Shown: positions 26,219-39,661, counted from the whole stretch's first letter. The stretch: DNA of 62,849 nt, filler included, from Choristocarpus tenellus KU-1152 (GCA_964200185.2; 14 parts of 14 records of this genome joined end to end with filler, not necessarily neighbours in it); one strand, 5' to 3'. The notes: generated by a model from the letters alone, not told the origin. Program-made: numbers and translations.

Positions 26219-27157
26219 GGCTGAGTTCAGAAAATCTTGTTGTGCATGGTGATGGATCAGAAACGGCAGAATCACCCTGCATGGCGTGTGCGCATGTTTT
26301 CCCCAAACAACTCTCAACAGTATTACAAGCCTATCCAGGTGTAGTTGACAATGTGGTCTGGGATGCACAGACATGTGGGGTATGTAGCGAGGGCAGGGAT
26401 CTGCGCTGCAGTTCTCATTGATTTACGTGCATGTGGTTGGGGGTTCGTAACCAATCCTACAACTTGGAGCAAAGGACTTGGAGTACACTCTGGTTGGTCG
26501 TCACGTGGGGGACATCATGCTGCAAAAAGTCGCCTAAATGTGGTGAGACATTCATTCTCAATCACAGAATGGTAGAAATTTCTAAACAAGACTTATGAAC
26601 AAGTGAAGTTTGGCGCGGGTTCTTCTACTCATCGTTCCTGCCTGGGTTTCCCATACATGTTTCCGTCTGACAGGGATCTCGCTTACGTAATGAAGCTGGT
26701 ACTACCGTCATGCAAGTGTGGTCCAACCCCCAGGCAATAAAGGATTACCAAGGTGAGCTTAGTACCCTGAGTGTCAATACTTTTTCACCTGCGGATGATT
26801 TTATTGTACTCTGGCTGATGAATCCAGTACAGTGCTGATGAAGTTTTTTACCCTCTTGGTTGACCTCTTCCTTCAACAGCCAACACATGTTGCATTGGAT
26901 CAAAGTCGAACCTGCTAAAGCGGAAAGCAAGGCCAAGAGAGAACAGCTCGTAACGAAAACGCAGAGCATGATTCGCTTGCCTTCTATGAGAGAATATTCG
27001 ACCGTTAGGTAGCCTTCCCTCGTATTCATTCGACCTGCAAGATGTCGAGAATGTACCTAGGTTGCATCTTGAAGAACTTCCATTTCCCCTTCCACACTTT
27101 AGACCTAATAGCAATCCTAAATCTCCTGTCACTAATACTGCCACATATCAAGTACAG

Positions 27158-28479
27158 ATCTACTGGGAGGCAACGCGCCTGAGGAGAAGGTTGATGGACC
27201 ATCGGTCATCGTGGGTGTTGGCAAACTGGGGACGGCGCTAGTTGAGCTTGGCGGCGGAGATGATATCCTTGTGCGACGTGGGGAGACCATTCCGGAAACC
27301 ATCAGTGTGGACCGTGGTGGGCTCGGGTCACGAGAAGACGGAGATGGAGATCGTGTAGAGTTGTCCGAGTTCCCCATTTACGTATGTGTGAAGGAGGATG
27401 ACGTGGCGGATGTGATCGACTCCTGCCCTGTGGACAAGAGACAGGACCTCGTATTCCTCCAAGGGGGTTGCTTGGAGCCCCTTCTGAAGACCCGGAGTGT
27501 CTGTCGACCTGAACAGACGCAAGCAACACTGTGTGTGGGAATCAAGTCTGTGGGGGCAAAAATACAGGACTACCAGAGAAATATCGGTACGGATGTCAGG
27601 GGGGATCCAAAATTCTCAGGGCAGACGACGGTTTGCGGGAAGTGGAGGGGAGCGCTAGCAGGCCGCTTGGCCAAGGGTGGCCTCCCTTGCTCTCAGGTGT
27701 TCTACTTGGACTGGAGGAGGGTTATGTTTGAGAAGCTGTGCTTTGACTGTGCTATTGACCTGGTTGGGGCTGTTCACGGTTTCGAGAAGACGGGGTACAT
27801 TCGCAAGTGAGTTTGTTCATGTCCTTTGAAGGGTAAAGCTCTTCATTTCTGTCCATCTACTGCCTTGTTGGATCGGAGGTATCCATCTAGCTTAAATTGT
27901 GCACACTACCTAGTACTCTGTGGTTACTTTTGCTCATGGAAGTTTCCACCTACTTGGAGTAATCGGAGTGAGCAGTAGTTTATGAAAGTATTCACAGTTG
28001 TTGAAGTCAACATTGCCAAGGTCTCAACTTTATCGCAGGTCTCTTGTTGTCTCCTTCACCCACCTTTGTTGCAGTGGCGAATCTTGTGCTTACAGAGTGA
28101 ATTCCCACCCGTGGAAGATAATTGGGGTTTCCATTGAGGCTGAAGTACACAGATTGGAAACATCCAAGTTGGGAGAATTACATTGCAACCAGTCCAGTCC
28201 CACAGACTAGGGTACATCGTGGCTGCATATAAGACGAGAACGCCAACATCACCTCAAAGTTATCTCACGGTTCTACTCTTCTGATAGCAGCATATTTGTA
28301 TATTATCTATTGTCGATTTTATGTCGGTGACCCAACGACGAACCCCACCAATCCGCCTTCCATGGTCCACATCAACCATTTTTTTGTTTTCCCCTCTTTT
28401 TAAAAAAATTATTTTTGAATAGGTACTTCGAGGGTGAGTTGTGCGACCTCCTGTTCGAGCTGAAGAACGCTCTCCGTAG
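27158..28479 (+). CDS. At1g16080-like (ketopantoate-reductase-like Rossmann fold) algal/plant protein; exons 27158-27806 and 28423-contig end
   Basis: PSVIVGVGKLGTALVELGGGDDILVRRGETIP, PIYVC, DLVFLQGG, GKW...LAGRL..GGL.C, MFEKL, LVGAVH and spliced K|YFEGELCDLLFEL parallel the family pattern vIVGgGRvG.aL...dllV.RGe.vP...DLVF.QNG...EKL...LVGa.H. The 5' exon(s) are unresolved. Confidence 0.8.
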
Positions 28480-28759
28480 NNNNNNNNNNNNNNNNNNNNN
28501 NNNNNNNNNNNNNNNNNNNNNNNTTAATTAATTAANNNNNNNNNNNNNNNNNNNNNNNNNNNNNNNNNNNNNNNNNNNNATTACTCCATAAATAATTTAC
28601 CGTAACTGTCCGATAGAGTTGGAAGAGTCTAATCGAACAAAATCAACGTTCAGTATAGACTGACGATACTGTGTCGTATCAAGTCAAATCGAATGAGTAG
28701 CCGATGTTTTAAAAGTTCCCTCACACAATTCAGGACCCAAACGTTTGTAGATGGAGTCT

Positions 28760-30470
28760 TGATGGAAAGTATAGGTCATGAACCCCGAGTTTTCTCTGCG
28801 GGTATTTCCATGGATCTCAACTGAGGTGGCCAGCCTACAGTGGATAAAGAAACTTTCATTATCATTGCCGCCTACAGGCGCATGGATCAGCTTCTGTGGC
28901 GGGGTGCACACATACTTTGTTACCACGGCAATCTGGTGTGCATTTTCCATCCTTCATCCCCGGTAACAGATCTGAACAAGGCAACTGCTCAACGTTTACT
29001 CCATTGGCCTAAGTTTCTTGGATATTTGACTACACCTTTGAGTATATGGCTGTGGAGACCGAAATCCTTGGAGTGGTCTTCTTTCCCGTTGGGTGGATGT
29101 TCCCACACTGTCTATTGATGCGTTGATGTTGCCTGCCTTGGTGGAAGCCAGTTCATCTTTGGGCTCCTTCCAGGTGATCAATGCACAGGCTACGACCATT
29201 GTGGTCATGGAGGGTGTGAGTGCTGAGGCTGGGAAATTCATGACCCCAAATGGCCATATGTTTACAGATGTCAACCAGAAATTATCGCATTATATTGGCA
29301 ATACTTTACAGACCAATAACACATCTACACCACTGGATTCCTGAGGAGTCAAAGGAACTTCAGACTAGACTCTTGTTTGGAGCACACATGGGTGAAGCAG
29401 ATCATCATGTTAAAGCTGCAAATTCGCACTGACTTGCCACGTATTTCTACTGGTCAGCGATGGAGACCAATCTGTCTATGTTCGGCAACGATGCCTGAAT
29501 TACATGGAATCTAAGTCTGAGGAAATAGTGCCCAGGTCTTACAGTAAGACTATACATGCCACCACAGTTGGCGACGTGTTACACTTTGACTATTTGGATG
29601 TTGGAACTAATGGACCTCTGGGAGAAGACGGACTTGGCGATATTGTAGGCTACAAATACTCTTTTGGTACTTGTGGATGATCAGAGCAGTTTTACATGGT
29701 TAGAACCTACGGAAACCTGCAATGCCGACGTCACAGCGTAGTGCCTGGTGGATTTGCGTTCTGCCATTCGCATGCCAAGCATATGGGTGAGTGACACAGC
29801 AAGTCATATCAAGAATCAGCTTTTGGAGCAAATGAGGTAACTGGAATACATCTTGACTTCACTGTGACCAATTCACCTTGGACAAATGGAACTGTCAAAC
29901 GCATGATGCGTGAAGTGATCAACCCAAAGCATTTAAGAGGTTAGGAGTTTTGCCCTGTTTGTCCGTACGGGGCTTGGCTTCTCGCGGGTTTTTGCCCTTT
30001 TTCGGTTTTCGGTGTGAACATAGTTACCTATAATGTATACAACTATGAAAGCTGTGTCCGAGCAAGGATATTGACACTTACTTGCTAACAAACACATACC
30101 CAAAATTCATTACAATCGCAACATTGGATTTATGATCATCATCGATGGTGAGCTGCAGGAAGTTCATATATCCAGACTGCAGTTCTACTCTGATTCATGG
30201 GAGGACATCACAACCGAGCCCAAGCACACATTCCGGCATCTACAAAACCAGGGAGAGTTTGAAATGTTAACATAGCCGATTTCTCCCATGGGGATGAGTA
30301 ATACGAAGAGTTGGTTGCTTGGATGGGTTTTAGTGAGGATGAGCGTAACTGGGAGCATGTATCGAAGATTGAGGAGGCTGCGTCCACTTTTTTCTTTAAA
30401 CAGTTGGATGAGATGAAGATGAACGCTAACGTTCGTGGTGCGCCACGGCGTAGGTATAGGTTGGATATTT
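28760..30470 (+). mobile_element. Decayed Ty3/Gypsy pol: RNase H, integrase, chromodomain
   Basis: DKETFIII...HGNLVCIF...TAQRLLHW (RNase H); HFDYL, LVDD.S.FTWLEP, WVSDTASH.KN, SPWTNGTVKRMMREV (IN); LVAWMGFSEDERNWEHV (chromodomain). Confidence 0.85.
29921..30132 (+). mobile_element. Diverged, truncated MITE-A-related copy inside the Gypsy integrase
   Basis: ggagttttgccctgtttgtcc...gggcttggc...caaggatattgacac...aacattggattt match the MITE-A body. Confidence 0.75.
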
Positions 30471-30739
30471 GATTTCTGATTCCGCGTCAGTTGATCGAGC
30501 TATAGGCTCCTCGGTTTAGTACCTGGTTTGTGCTCTGTCAGTGTAATGATCCCCCCCCCCACAGAGTTTTCTCCTATGGATAATTTTCATTGATTTGAGG
30601 AGCAGAAAGCACAGTAAATCAGAAGTTGGTTGGAGGAAAATCCCATCATCGAGCATGGTTCAGGTCTTGTAGCAGCCATTATATAAAAGCGTTTATCCAC
30701 TCTAGCAGAGGAAACCCAAAGTAACAATAGATGGGGATG

Positions 30740-31150
30740 AGTAGTAACACCGTAAACATTTTGTATGGAGACTTCCAGTAGGTACTATCAGATCTTGGGA
30801 ACAGGTTAGTAAGAGTGTTAGGCATATTGTGTGCCTCAGCCCACAATCCCAGTCGATGCCCAGAGCAGTACATGCATCAAGACCTAGCATTTCTTGCAAT
30901 GCAATGGCCCCTTCCACTTTCCCGTTGAGTTGAGTTTCACAGTGCACTCATACCTTATCTTAAGCTCATCCAGTACCGCCTCATATGAAGTATTTTTAAA
31001 CACTGTCCTCTCATCAATCCTCGCAGAACCAATGTGGATGTGCAAGCTCTCCATATGTGCCACATGAAAAATAAATGCTTGGAACACCTTGGCAGTCTTG
31101 CTCTTCGATCGGAAAAATCTAGTCCACCTCATCCCCTATGATTATCTGTA
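30740..31150 (-). mobile_element. Decayed Ty1/Copia integrase core
   Basis: RWTRFFRSKS..AKVFQAF, ARIDERTVFKN, LKIRYECT, LWAEAHNM..LTN and KSPYKM reproduce the Copia IN consensus order. Confidence 0.75.
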
Positions 31151-33520
31151 AAATGATCTTCATTCAGCCTGCAAGGATTCATCCCTCGTAGGGCTTGCAG
31201 CACCCCTCATCAGAGATTTTAACGAAGTGAACCCACATCATGTTGATGGGTGTCCTAGGTTATTATTTTTAATATCTATCTGTTCAACCAACTTTCATTC
31301 CTCCACATATGACTACCAGCATGATACAAACTCCAACCAGCGTCCACAGCACAGCCTATCCACAACACATGATTGGAGACAGGGTTGTGGACAACAAGAA
31401 GCCTGCTTTGGATTTGGTGGTAGAGGGTTTACTTTTTATCTAAGTGGATTCAGCCTCGAGTGGGGGAAGTGTGAACGAGTGCAGTGAAGGAGATGGTTTG
31501 GAATTTGTTTCAGGTGTAGGGTACTAGGCGGTGAGTGGGTGTTGGATGTGGTGACAGCAGGATCGCAAGCATATTGAATACAGGCATGGTTCATGTGGAT
31601 CCGAAGTAACAGCAGGAGAGTAGGAGTAATGTTACAGGCGAATAGTGCGAGCTTTTCTTCTTGTATTTCAACGAAGTGCAAGCGTTTGTTTAACACGAAT
31701 AGCGCAAACATTTTCTTCTTATATTTCAGGAAATACGAACATTTGTAACAGACGTAGAGTGTGAGGATTATTTCTTGAGTTCTGACAAGTACGAACAATA
31801 TACGATATAGTAATACATAGGTAGCCTTACAAGATCAATTATTATTTTTATAGGAGACGCAGAGTAAGACTTGGAATTCGAACATAATCTTACAAGAATA
31901 GGTGTCAATTTCTGGAAGTTACAGAGTAAAGATTCATGATTAAAGTATCCACTTAGCAGTTTGCAGACTTCATTTAACTCTTTGGCTGTAGAAAACTAGT
32001 GGATGATGCTAATAGAAGACTGATGGAGACTACCACGCTCTCAGTTCTTTTTGATGTGCCTCTTTTGATAAAGAGAAAAACGAGACATTGACTGAGCTAA
32101 GCATCAAGCTAACACCGTACGTGGTTATCATCTGTGGGCTCCCCTCGTAGCGTCGTTTTGAGGCNNNNNNNNNNNNNNNNNNNNNNNNNNNNNNNNNNNN
32201 NNNNNNNNTTAATTAATTAANNNNNNNNNNNNNNNNNNNNNNNNNNNNNNNNNNNNNNNNNNNNCCCCCCCCCCGTCCTCATCTGTTCAAAAACCATGCG
32301 GTTGCTGAAGGCAGAGAGGAAAATGTGTTAAGTGTGAGCGTTACTTATTGGTTGTTCAACATTATCCGAGTATTTTTTGTGTATTTTTTTTGTATCCTGG
32401 CATCTGTCAGAAGATGCCATCTTTGTAGTGAACAGGATGGCGGGTAGCAGGCGGCTTGTGCGCCACATACAGGGGGTGCTTAAGGAAAGGGGAGTGAAAA
32501 GTGTAAGCTTATGAAGGTGGATAGGCAGGACTAAATTTCAAAGGTCAGGATGAGATGTTAGAGAAAGCATATGCCTGCCCTTACTCTGCTACAAGGTGAA
32601 GGGGTTGCCCTGCCTCACAAATATCTGGAGTAGGGTTGATTTGTGTTGACCTGTTTTACATATATAATGAGGTCTTCATTGTTTTTTGTTGTTGTAGGAC
32701 TTAAGAGTGAGGTGTGTTGTGTGCAGGTAGACAATGGCACTGTAATTGACACAACACATAGTGTGATATGATAAGAAAAACAATGTATATGCAAAAATAA
32801 TAAAATACTGCAAATCAGCAGAAAGAAAATGTATTCTAATATTCATGTTAACAGATAAGTAGTCGAATATCAGGAGACAGACAATACCACCAACGGTTGG
32901 GGTCTTTATAATACTGTTCACACAGTGACAGAGAACTCCCTAATGCCCTGGCAGATTCTTCTAAATTTGAGGTTTCCTAAAATTATGTACATTCCCCAAC
33001 AGTCCTAGCATATTTCAGATAGCATGGTGAGCAGTTGAAAAACTTGGACACTGATATTTTTGTGCACACTTCACAAACTCAAGATGATCCTTGAAAACAC
33101 ACCTGCAACCACCTACAACATTTTGGTTGCATAATTACAACATGACAAAAACCAATCACCCAAGCCTTTCTCGCTCACCATACCACTTTACAGACCACAA
33201 AAGATCTCCTCACAGACAAGAGTCCACAGGTGTTCCTCTTGCATGTCTACTCATACAAGCAAAAGGAAGCAAAAGGATTCCACTGCTTTCAACAAGGCCA
33301 AAGTAGCAGAGAGAAAGATAGGGTCTAACCACACCCAAAATCGTCCTTCTTCATCACATGTGGGGTATGTTCTGTACATACCATAACAAAGTAGAAAGTA
33401 TGCAGTCTCTTCCTGTGCCATACACTTGAGGGAGCTTTTTGAAGGACAAAAAGCACAAAAGACCAGAAGGCACTCTGCCTCCCAACTTTCTACGCTGTTC
33501 TCCATATGCTGACAGAATGG

Positions 33521-36178
33521 CTACTCACCGTCCTCCCCCTGCAAGTGAGCAAGGGTCACCTCAGCTGCAGCTTTTATACGTTTCCTTTTCCTTATTCGAC
33601 GCTTAGAAAGGCCACCACTGCCTGTTTCCTGCACAACCTCAGCAGGGCCTATTTCTGCTTCACTCCCTGCCTTCCCCCCATTCACACCTATCCCAACGTT
33701 GAGTTCCTCCTCGGCCATACTCCTTTCACCTTTCCCAGGCTCTGATCTCACCCCTGACTCCTCTCCCTGGACCCTCTGTTCCAAATTTTGTGCTGCATGC
33801 CCACCTGCAACAGAAGCAAGATCAGTTGCACCACCCCTATCTGTATCCATAGCTGTTCCATCCATGACTGCTACAGTGACCTGTGCAGAACTTCCTCTTT
33901 CATCCTCCCCTCGCTTCCCAGCTGGCTCAACATCAAGTGATTTTCCCACACCCAAATTTGCACTCCCCGTCTCATGCTTTTCTCCTTGCCTGCCACTGCC
34001 ACTGCCTCGTTCCCTGCTGCTATCACCATTAACACCAGAATCTTCAGTGGCTCCAGCCCGAGAGAGCTCCCTATCCAGGGCAGCTCCTAGGGCCGCAGTT
34101 ATATCGTCACTTCCACTTGACAGGTCTCCAGCTGTCTCTCCCTTGGTAGTCTTTGCTACCACATCAGCTCCCGACAAGAGCAAGAGGCGGACCACCTGAA
34201 CAAGGTGAACAGAGGGTGGGAATTTGTCTGCTTCTTGTCCACAGAAGAGGTGTTGTTCTTACAGCATGGATGGGTTACTACAATAGAAATCCCTTCTGTT
34301 CAGGTGAATTTATTTTCACTTGTGTTGTATGGCATGCAAACATCAATCTTGAGTTTGACGGGAGATAATGTATTGATTTTTGCAGGCAGGGGGTATAGCC
34401 ATGGATAATCCACAAGATAAAAGGAGTTCTACCATATTTTTAGTTGGTGTGGTAAGGACATCACACCTCAGAGAGGGCACAATGTAAGAAAGAATAGATC
34501 CAAGTGGTTTTCCTAGAGGCAGGCGTAAAAAGGAAAATGGACTGACGGGTTGTCCCAACAACTGACGGTACAAGATGGTCTCAGGAGTTGTTCTGAACAA
34601 CAAAATGGCTCCAAGCACAGTGCTGGTCGCAGTCATTACAGAAGTAGTAGCCCCTGGCCATGTACAACAATACCCCCAAGCTCCATGGTATAACCTCCAC
34701 GATTGTCCCAAAACCTGTACAACCATATGCTTAGATATATATTAACATATTTTCTACTATGCAACTGGATTTGGAGCGGTGTAATGGACTTTCTAAATCC
34801 CTTCGTACACCTGCAGGGCAAACCTTTCAACTGTTCCATCTCATCACAGTTTCACAGCGACCACATCAGAGTCACCTGCAATGCTGCTCTAGATTCCTTT
34901 GTACACCTGCAGGGCAAACATTTCAAATTTTCAACCTCATAACATGTGTCACAGTGAAACCTAGAGAATCACCTTCAATACTGTGCCTTGGAAAAAAAAG
35001 AACAATCTACATTAGAACACTAAAACAGTCATTTACCTCATGCAATGGTTGAAGCATTGACTCAGAACAATCTGTCATGAATGATAGAAGACAACGTAGA
35101 GCAAATGTCATTGAGTGTTCTCCTGACAAAGACATAGGCCAAAGTGGCCGAGGATTTGAAGGACTGCCTGAAACATCAATGCAACAGTAACATCTAGTAT
35201 CAACTTGGACATCATCACTTGCTTACAGGTACGCACACACACCTCAGCATGACCTTTACTTGCAGCAAGATGAAGGGCCGTCTTTTTAAATTGTCAGCCA
35301 ATCCAACCAAGCATGGAAGAAGAAAGGAACCAGAGGAGAGAATGAAGCAGGGGTAAATGCATTAGAGAGATAACAATTAAACAAATCCAGGCTTACGCTA
35401 AATACGCTTATGGTCCTTCACTACTGATAACAATGGAAAGTCATCACTTCTCAAGAGCTTTGCTGTAGGCATCAAAACAATATTGTAGATGTCAGCATCA
35501 CCAAACACTTTTTAGCACTAGACCTTACCCTAGAGACAAAGAGCACACATATTCAGTCTAATGGGAAGCAATAGAGGTCCTGTAATGAAGAGTCAATTAG
35601 CCACAACTCTAGCGCTCAGTTTTCAAGGTCTGACATCAAAGCTTTGTAAGAGGGTGCACACGCTGAATGTGGATAAAAAAGAAATGAGTGAGAATGTATG
35701 TTGGAGTGGGTAAGGAGGATCAGGCCTCAATTGACAAGGAAAATGGAGGACAGATTGACGAAGGGATCAGCTGCTGTAATAAAGTATTGTGTCATGCCTA
35801 AGTGATAGTGGGGTGTAGATAAGTGCAACCAAATTGGATCTGTAACAGGATAGAGCAGGGGAAAGCAAATGTGGTGGTAGTCTGCCAAATAACCTTATCG
35901 CCAGTGGGAGAGTGCGACAAACATCTTCATTAGTCCATCCACCCCTTTCTCCTTGTTTAGACTGAAGATATGATGAAGTTGACTTTCTCTTACTTCAACC
36001 ACATTCTACTTGCCAACCATTTGCTCAATTTGAAGTTCTTACCTTTTTGGTTTTGTGAAGTTTAGCATCTACTTTTGCCCCTGCATCAAGTAAAGTCTGG
36101 CATCCTTCCGTGCATCCTGACTGGGCACAAAAATGAAGTGCTGTGAAGCCATCTATTGCCTTTGCCATGACTTTTGCA
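33521..36178 (-). CDS. Ankyrin-repeat protein, 3' exons 36178-36043, 35281-35243, 34195-33521
   Basis: Spliced DGFTALHFCAQSGCTEGCQTLLDAGAKVDAKLHKTKK|TALHLAASKGHAE|VVRLLLLSGADVVAKTTKGETA gives consecutive ANK repeats, then a disordered tail with a basic KRRIRKRKRIK patch. Confidence 0.9.
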
Positions 36179-36611
36179 CTGATAAGGGGTATGGCGCAAG
36201 GGGTGGGGGGGGGAGGGGGTGCGGACACCGGGGGGCCCGTTCAGCCCGAAACAGNNNNNNNNNNNNNNNNNNNNNNNNNNNNNNNNNNNNNNNNNNNNTT
36301 AATTAATTAANNNNNNNNNNNNNNNNNNNNNNNNNNNNNNNNNNNNNNNNNNNNCCCCCAGATACATTGACCCAAATGGAGTGCGTTGTGCGCAGCATAC
36401 AACGTACCAATGATATCTATGAATCAAAATATTCGTGGAGTGTAGTGGAGCAGAGCAGAAGTAGTAGACAACTGTACAAATAAGTACATGCAATGCTGTG
36501 GATGCCTAATGTCCCCATGTCTACGTGTACTGGAGTAGTAGGATATGTATGAATACGTGCAATGTATTGTTACGACTAGTTTCAGCTGCTACGATTCGGT
36601 TATGTGCTCAC

Positions 36612-37536
36612 GTTTGAACATAGTAAGGGTCATCCATGCCGTGACCTCCGCTGATCCGCAGGACATGTTTCACCTCTCCGAGCTCCAGCAACTGTGCCTC
36701 CCCTTTCTCTTTTAAACGAACAGCATTTACCAGCGTCAGGCTTTGTTCGGGACCTGCATAGCATAGGGATAACAGGGCAGGGCATCACATTCTATTATCA
36801 ACAATTTTAAATATGTGGTAAAGTACGTATCATCAAAATGACTTATTCACCCTGAATCGAAAATATTCATGTTAGTCGTCTATATAATAAGCCCTTGAGT
36901 TAGTTGAAATGCCAGGTAGGTTCTACGGCTTAAAAGGTTGCTATGCAGAGAGCTTGTTGTATTACCGCTATTACTATTGCACAGGCGGCGACAGACTAAA
37001 TCGCGCAGGAATCACCTAACTAGAATTCTAACCCATAGATGAAAGCATCGCAGGCGAGGACCTTGCCAGGCATCATGGAACCAAACAAATCGTCTTCTGT
37101 ACCAAACATCCTTTCAATTGTGATTGGTAAAATGGTTGGACTGCGCACGTAGAGGATGAGCGGGAGTGTCTGACGAGAGTTACAAAGGTGTCAACCACTT
37201 CGCGTGTATCGATAGGCGTTAATATCTTTCCTTAATACGTACGGTCATGTCCCTTGTCATGATTTAGTGCGGGCTCATCTGGCTGGACTATTTTAATGCA
37301 CTTTCATCAATCCAGAAGTTGGCAGTCAACTACTGATAGCAGGACGCGGCAAGAAAGCAAAGTGGGCACTCACCCACGAATATTGTCATGGTCCGAGAAA
37401 ACTTCAAGAAGCCAGAGATGATGAAAATTCCTTCCACTACGTACACGCCCTCAAGCCCAGGTACTGGCACGATGGTGCCATTTCCGAGAGGTGCTGCATA
37501 TGAAACCTGCTTGGTACAACAACCGCCGAATCCCAT
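36612..37536 (-). CDS. DUF4336/metallo-beta-lactamase-like protein; exons 37536-37374 and 36753-36612 (partial)
   Basis: Spliced MGFGGCC...VYVVEG...FSRTMTIFVG|PEQSLTLVNAVRLKEKGEAQLLELGEVKHVLRISGGHGMDDPYY resembles the R.Mtv.....L.....v.l......L..lG.V.hvv....H pattern of DUF4336-like proteins. Confidence 0.7.
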
Positions 37537-37838
37537 GGTAGCCGCTAACTATGCTACGATTGCGACCTATATTATATCCGAAGGGACAATCTTTTGGGGG
37601 GGAAGATGGACTTTGATGGCTTCGATCATTTATTTTTTTTGTTGCGGAAAGTTTCAACAACCTCAACGTCATTTCGGTAACACTTCACTGTACAAACCTA
37701 GTAAACTCCTCACAACACACACACTACATACTAACATAGATAGGTAAAAGAAAAGATACATTCCTCACAATAATATGCTTACATCAATTATCCATCTTGT
37801 GTATTAAAATAAGATATGGATCATACTACAATATTCAA

Positions 37839-37932
37839 CAACATATATATATATAGTATATACACGTATGTATATAGTTTTCATTGGTTTCCCCCTGACA
37901 CATCTGCAAAATGTCAGAGGGCATAATAATAA
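37839..37932 (+). mobile_element. Ultra-short LINE-tail insertion (94 bp), TSD AATATTCAA
   Basis: Tail core 37877-37931; AATATTCAA at 37830-37838 and 37933-37941. Confidence 0.8.
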
Positions 37933-39349
37933 AATATTCAATAGCAGTAGAAGTATACGAATTACTACCTACCTATATGTTTAGAGGTCAACATCCATAA
38001 CTTACCTCATTCAAAGAAAAACGCCAAATCCTTCAACTTCAACCTTCACGCTCTATGACCCCTACTTCATTTGTGTGTGTTGGTGTTTGATTTTGTAGTA
38101 ACTTACAAATCACACACTTCATTCCAACCATCTCCACTTTTTGTTTTCCATTTTTTCTAAGTTAGAACAGGGTTTTATCAACCTTTAAGGCCACTCTCAT
38201 GTACGTACATTGTAAGACCAAGTGATTTCTGTCCGTCCGTCCGTCCGTCTCCTTATCTATCTGGCTCTATCTATGCGAACGTTTTAGCATCAACTCAATA
38301 ATAGAGCTTTTTTTTCTCTTTCTTAAGTGTTCGAAGTTTGAGTCCAATTATAGAATTAATATCATTATATATCAGTCCAATTAGGATATAGACCAGATTT
38401 TGATGCAGATTTTGATGATGAACCTTGACTTCAAAATAAGTTCCTCCCATATAAACACGAAAGGAGTTGTCCGTGATCCCCCTCTCCCATTTTGAAAGTG
38501 CAAATATAACTGTGAGATGGTTGACCCACATGAAGGAAATGGGTACATTTTTGAACAGACTATAAATCCAGACACCGCGATACAAAACCCCAAAGTTGTC
38601 AATGATGTAGGGTAGAGGGGGTTAAGGGTTGACGTTGAAAGATCGTTGTTTTGGTTTTGAATGAGATGTGGATGTTGAGTCCTACAATTAGGTTTTGAGG
38701 GATGAATGTTTGGGAAATGAGGTTGAAAGAAGTTGGGTTAGACGATTTGATCGAGGGGAGGTACGCTGCATTGCCGAACTTGTTGGTACGGTCGTCATCA
38801 TAGTAGATGTTTTCACCCCAGTCGTTGAACTTATTGATCTTCTGGGGTTAGTAGGATCATGTACATATTGATTGCAGAACGCCGTAAATGACACTCCAGA
38901 AGTCCGACATTCGACACAAGACAACTCATATGTTCACCTACCTGATGTAAAACAAGGGAGGATGCAATTCTGGAGCAAACATACTCCTAAAACAACCAAA
39001 ACCACTATCAACACTACTACTGTGTGTGAACTATGGATTGATCAGGGCCCGGACATATACGAGATTCGTTGAGGGAGGGTGGGTAGAAGAAGAGAGAGTA
39101 AATAAATACTTTGACCACATCCAAAATCCCTTTTCCGAGGTATTAAAAATGATTCTTCATGCGTGGCATACAGCTTTTAGTAATCTCTTAACCTGTCAAA
39201 AGTAGATGTATATCCGTTAGAATGTTCATCTATCTTTCTCCTATTTCAAAAATGATTATCCGATACTGGAGTGTTTCAGTAGTAGAAGAGTTAAATGATG
39301 GGCATATTTCTCTATCTGACAGAATATAAAAACTTGAATAAATTACACT

Positions 39350-39561
39350 TTTTTATTATTATACCCTCTGGCATTTCCACATGTATGTGGGGGAAAACCA
39401 ATGAAAACTATTCACATGTCATAAAAATCCCCCCAAAAGTAACAGTTGTCGTAAATGTGAAAAATATTAACCTACTTCCTGTTTACTACCATCTATGCTG
39501 CACCACTGCCTTCCTGTGCCTCCAACCTAGCTTAGTCCTGGACCCCAGGGCGAGGAGCTAG
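39350..39561 (-). mobile_element. CRE-like LINE 3' UTR and tail, cut by contig end
   Basis: ttcctgtgcctccaacctagcttagtcctgga and a degenerate tail match the family 3' end. Confidence 0.8.
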
Positions 39562-39661
39562 NNNNNNNNNNNNNNNNNNNNNNNNNNNNNNNNNNNNNNN
39601 NNNNNTTAATTAATTAANNNNNNNNNNNNNNNNNNNNNNNNNNNNNNNNNNNNNNNNNNNN

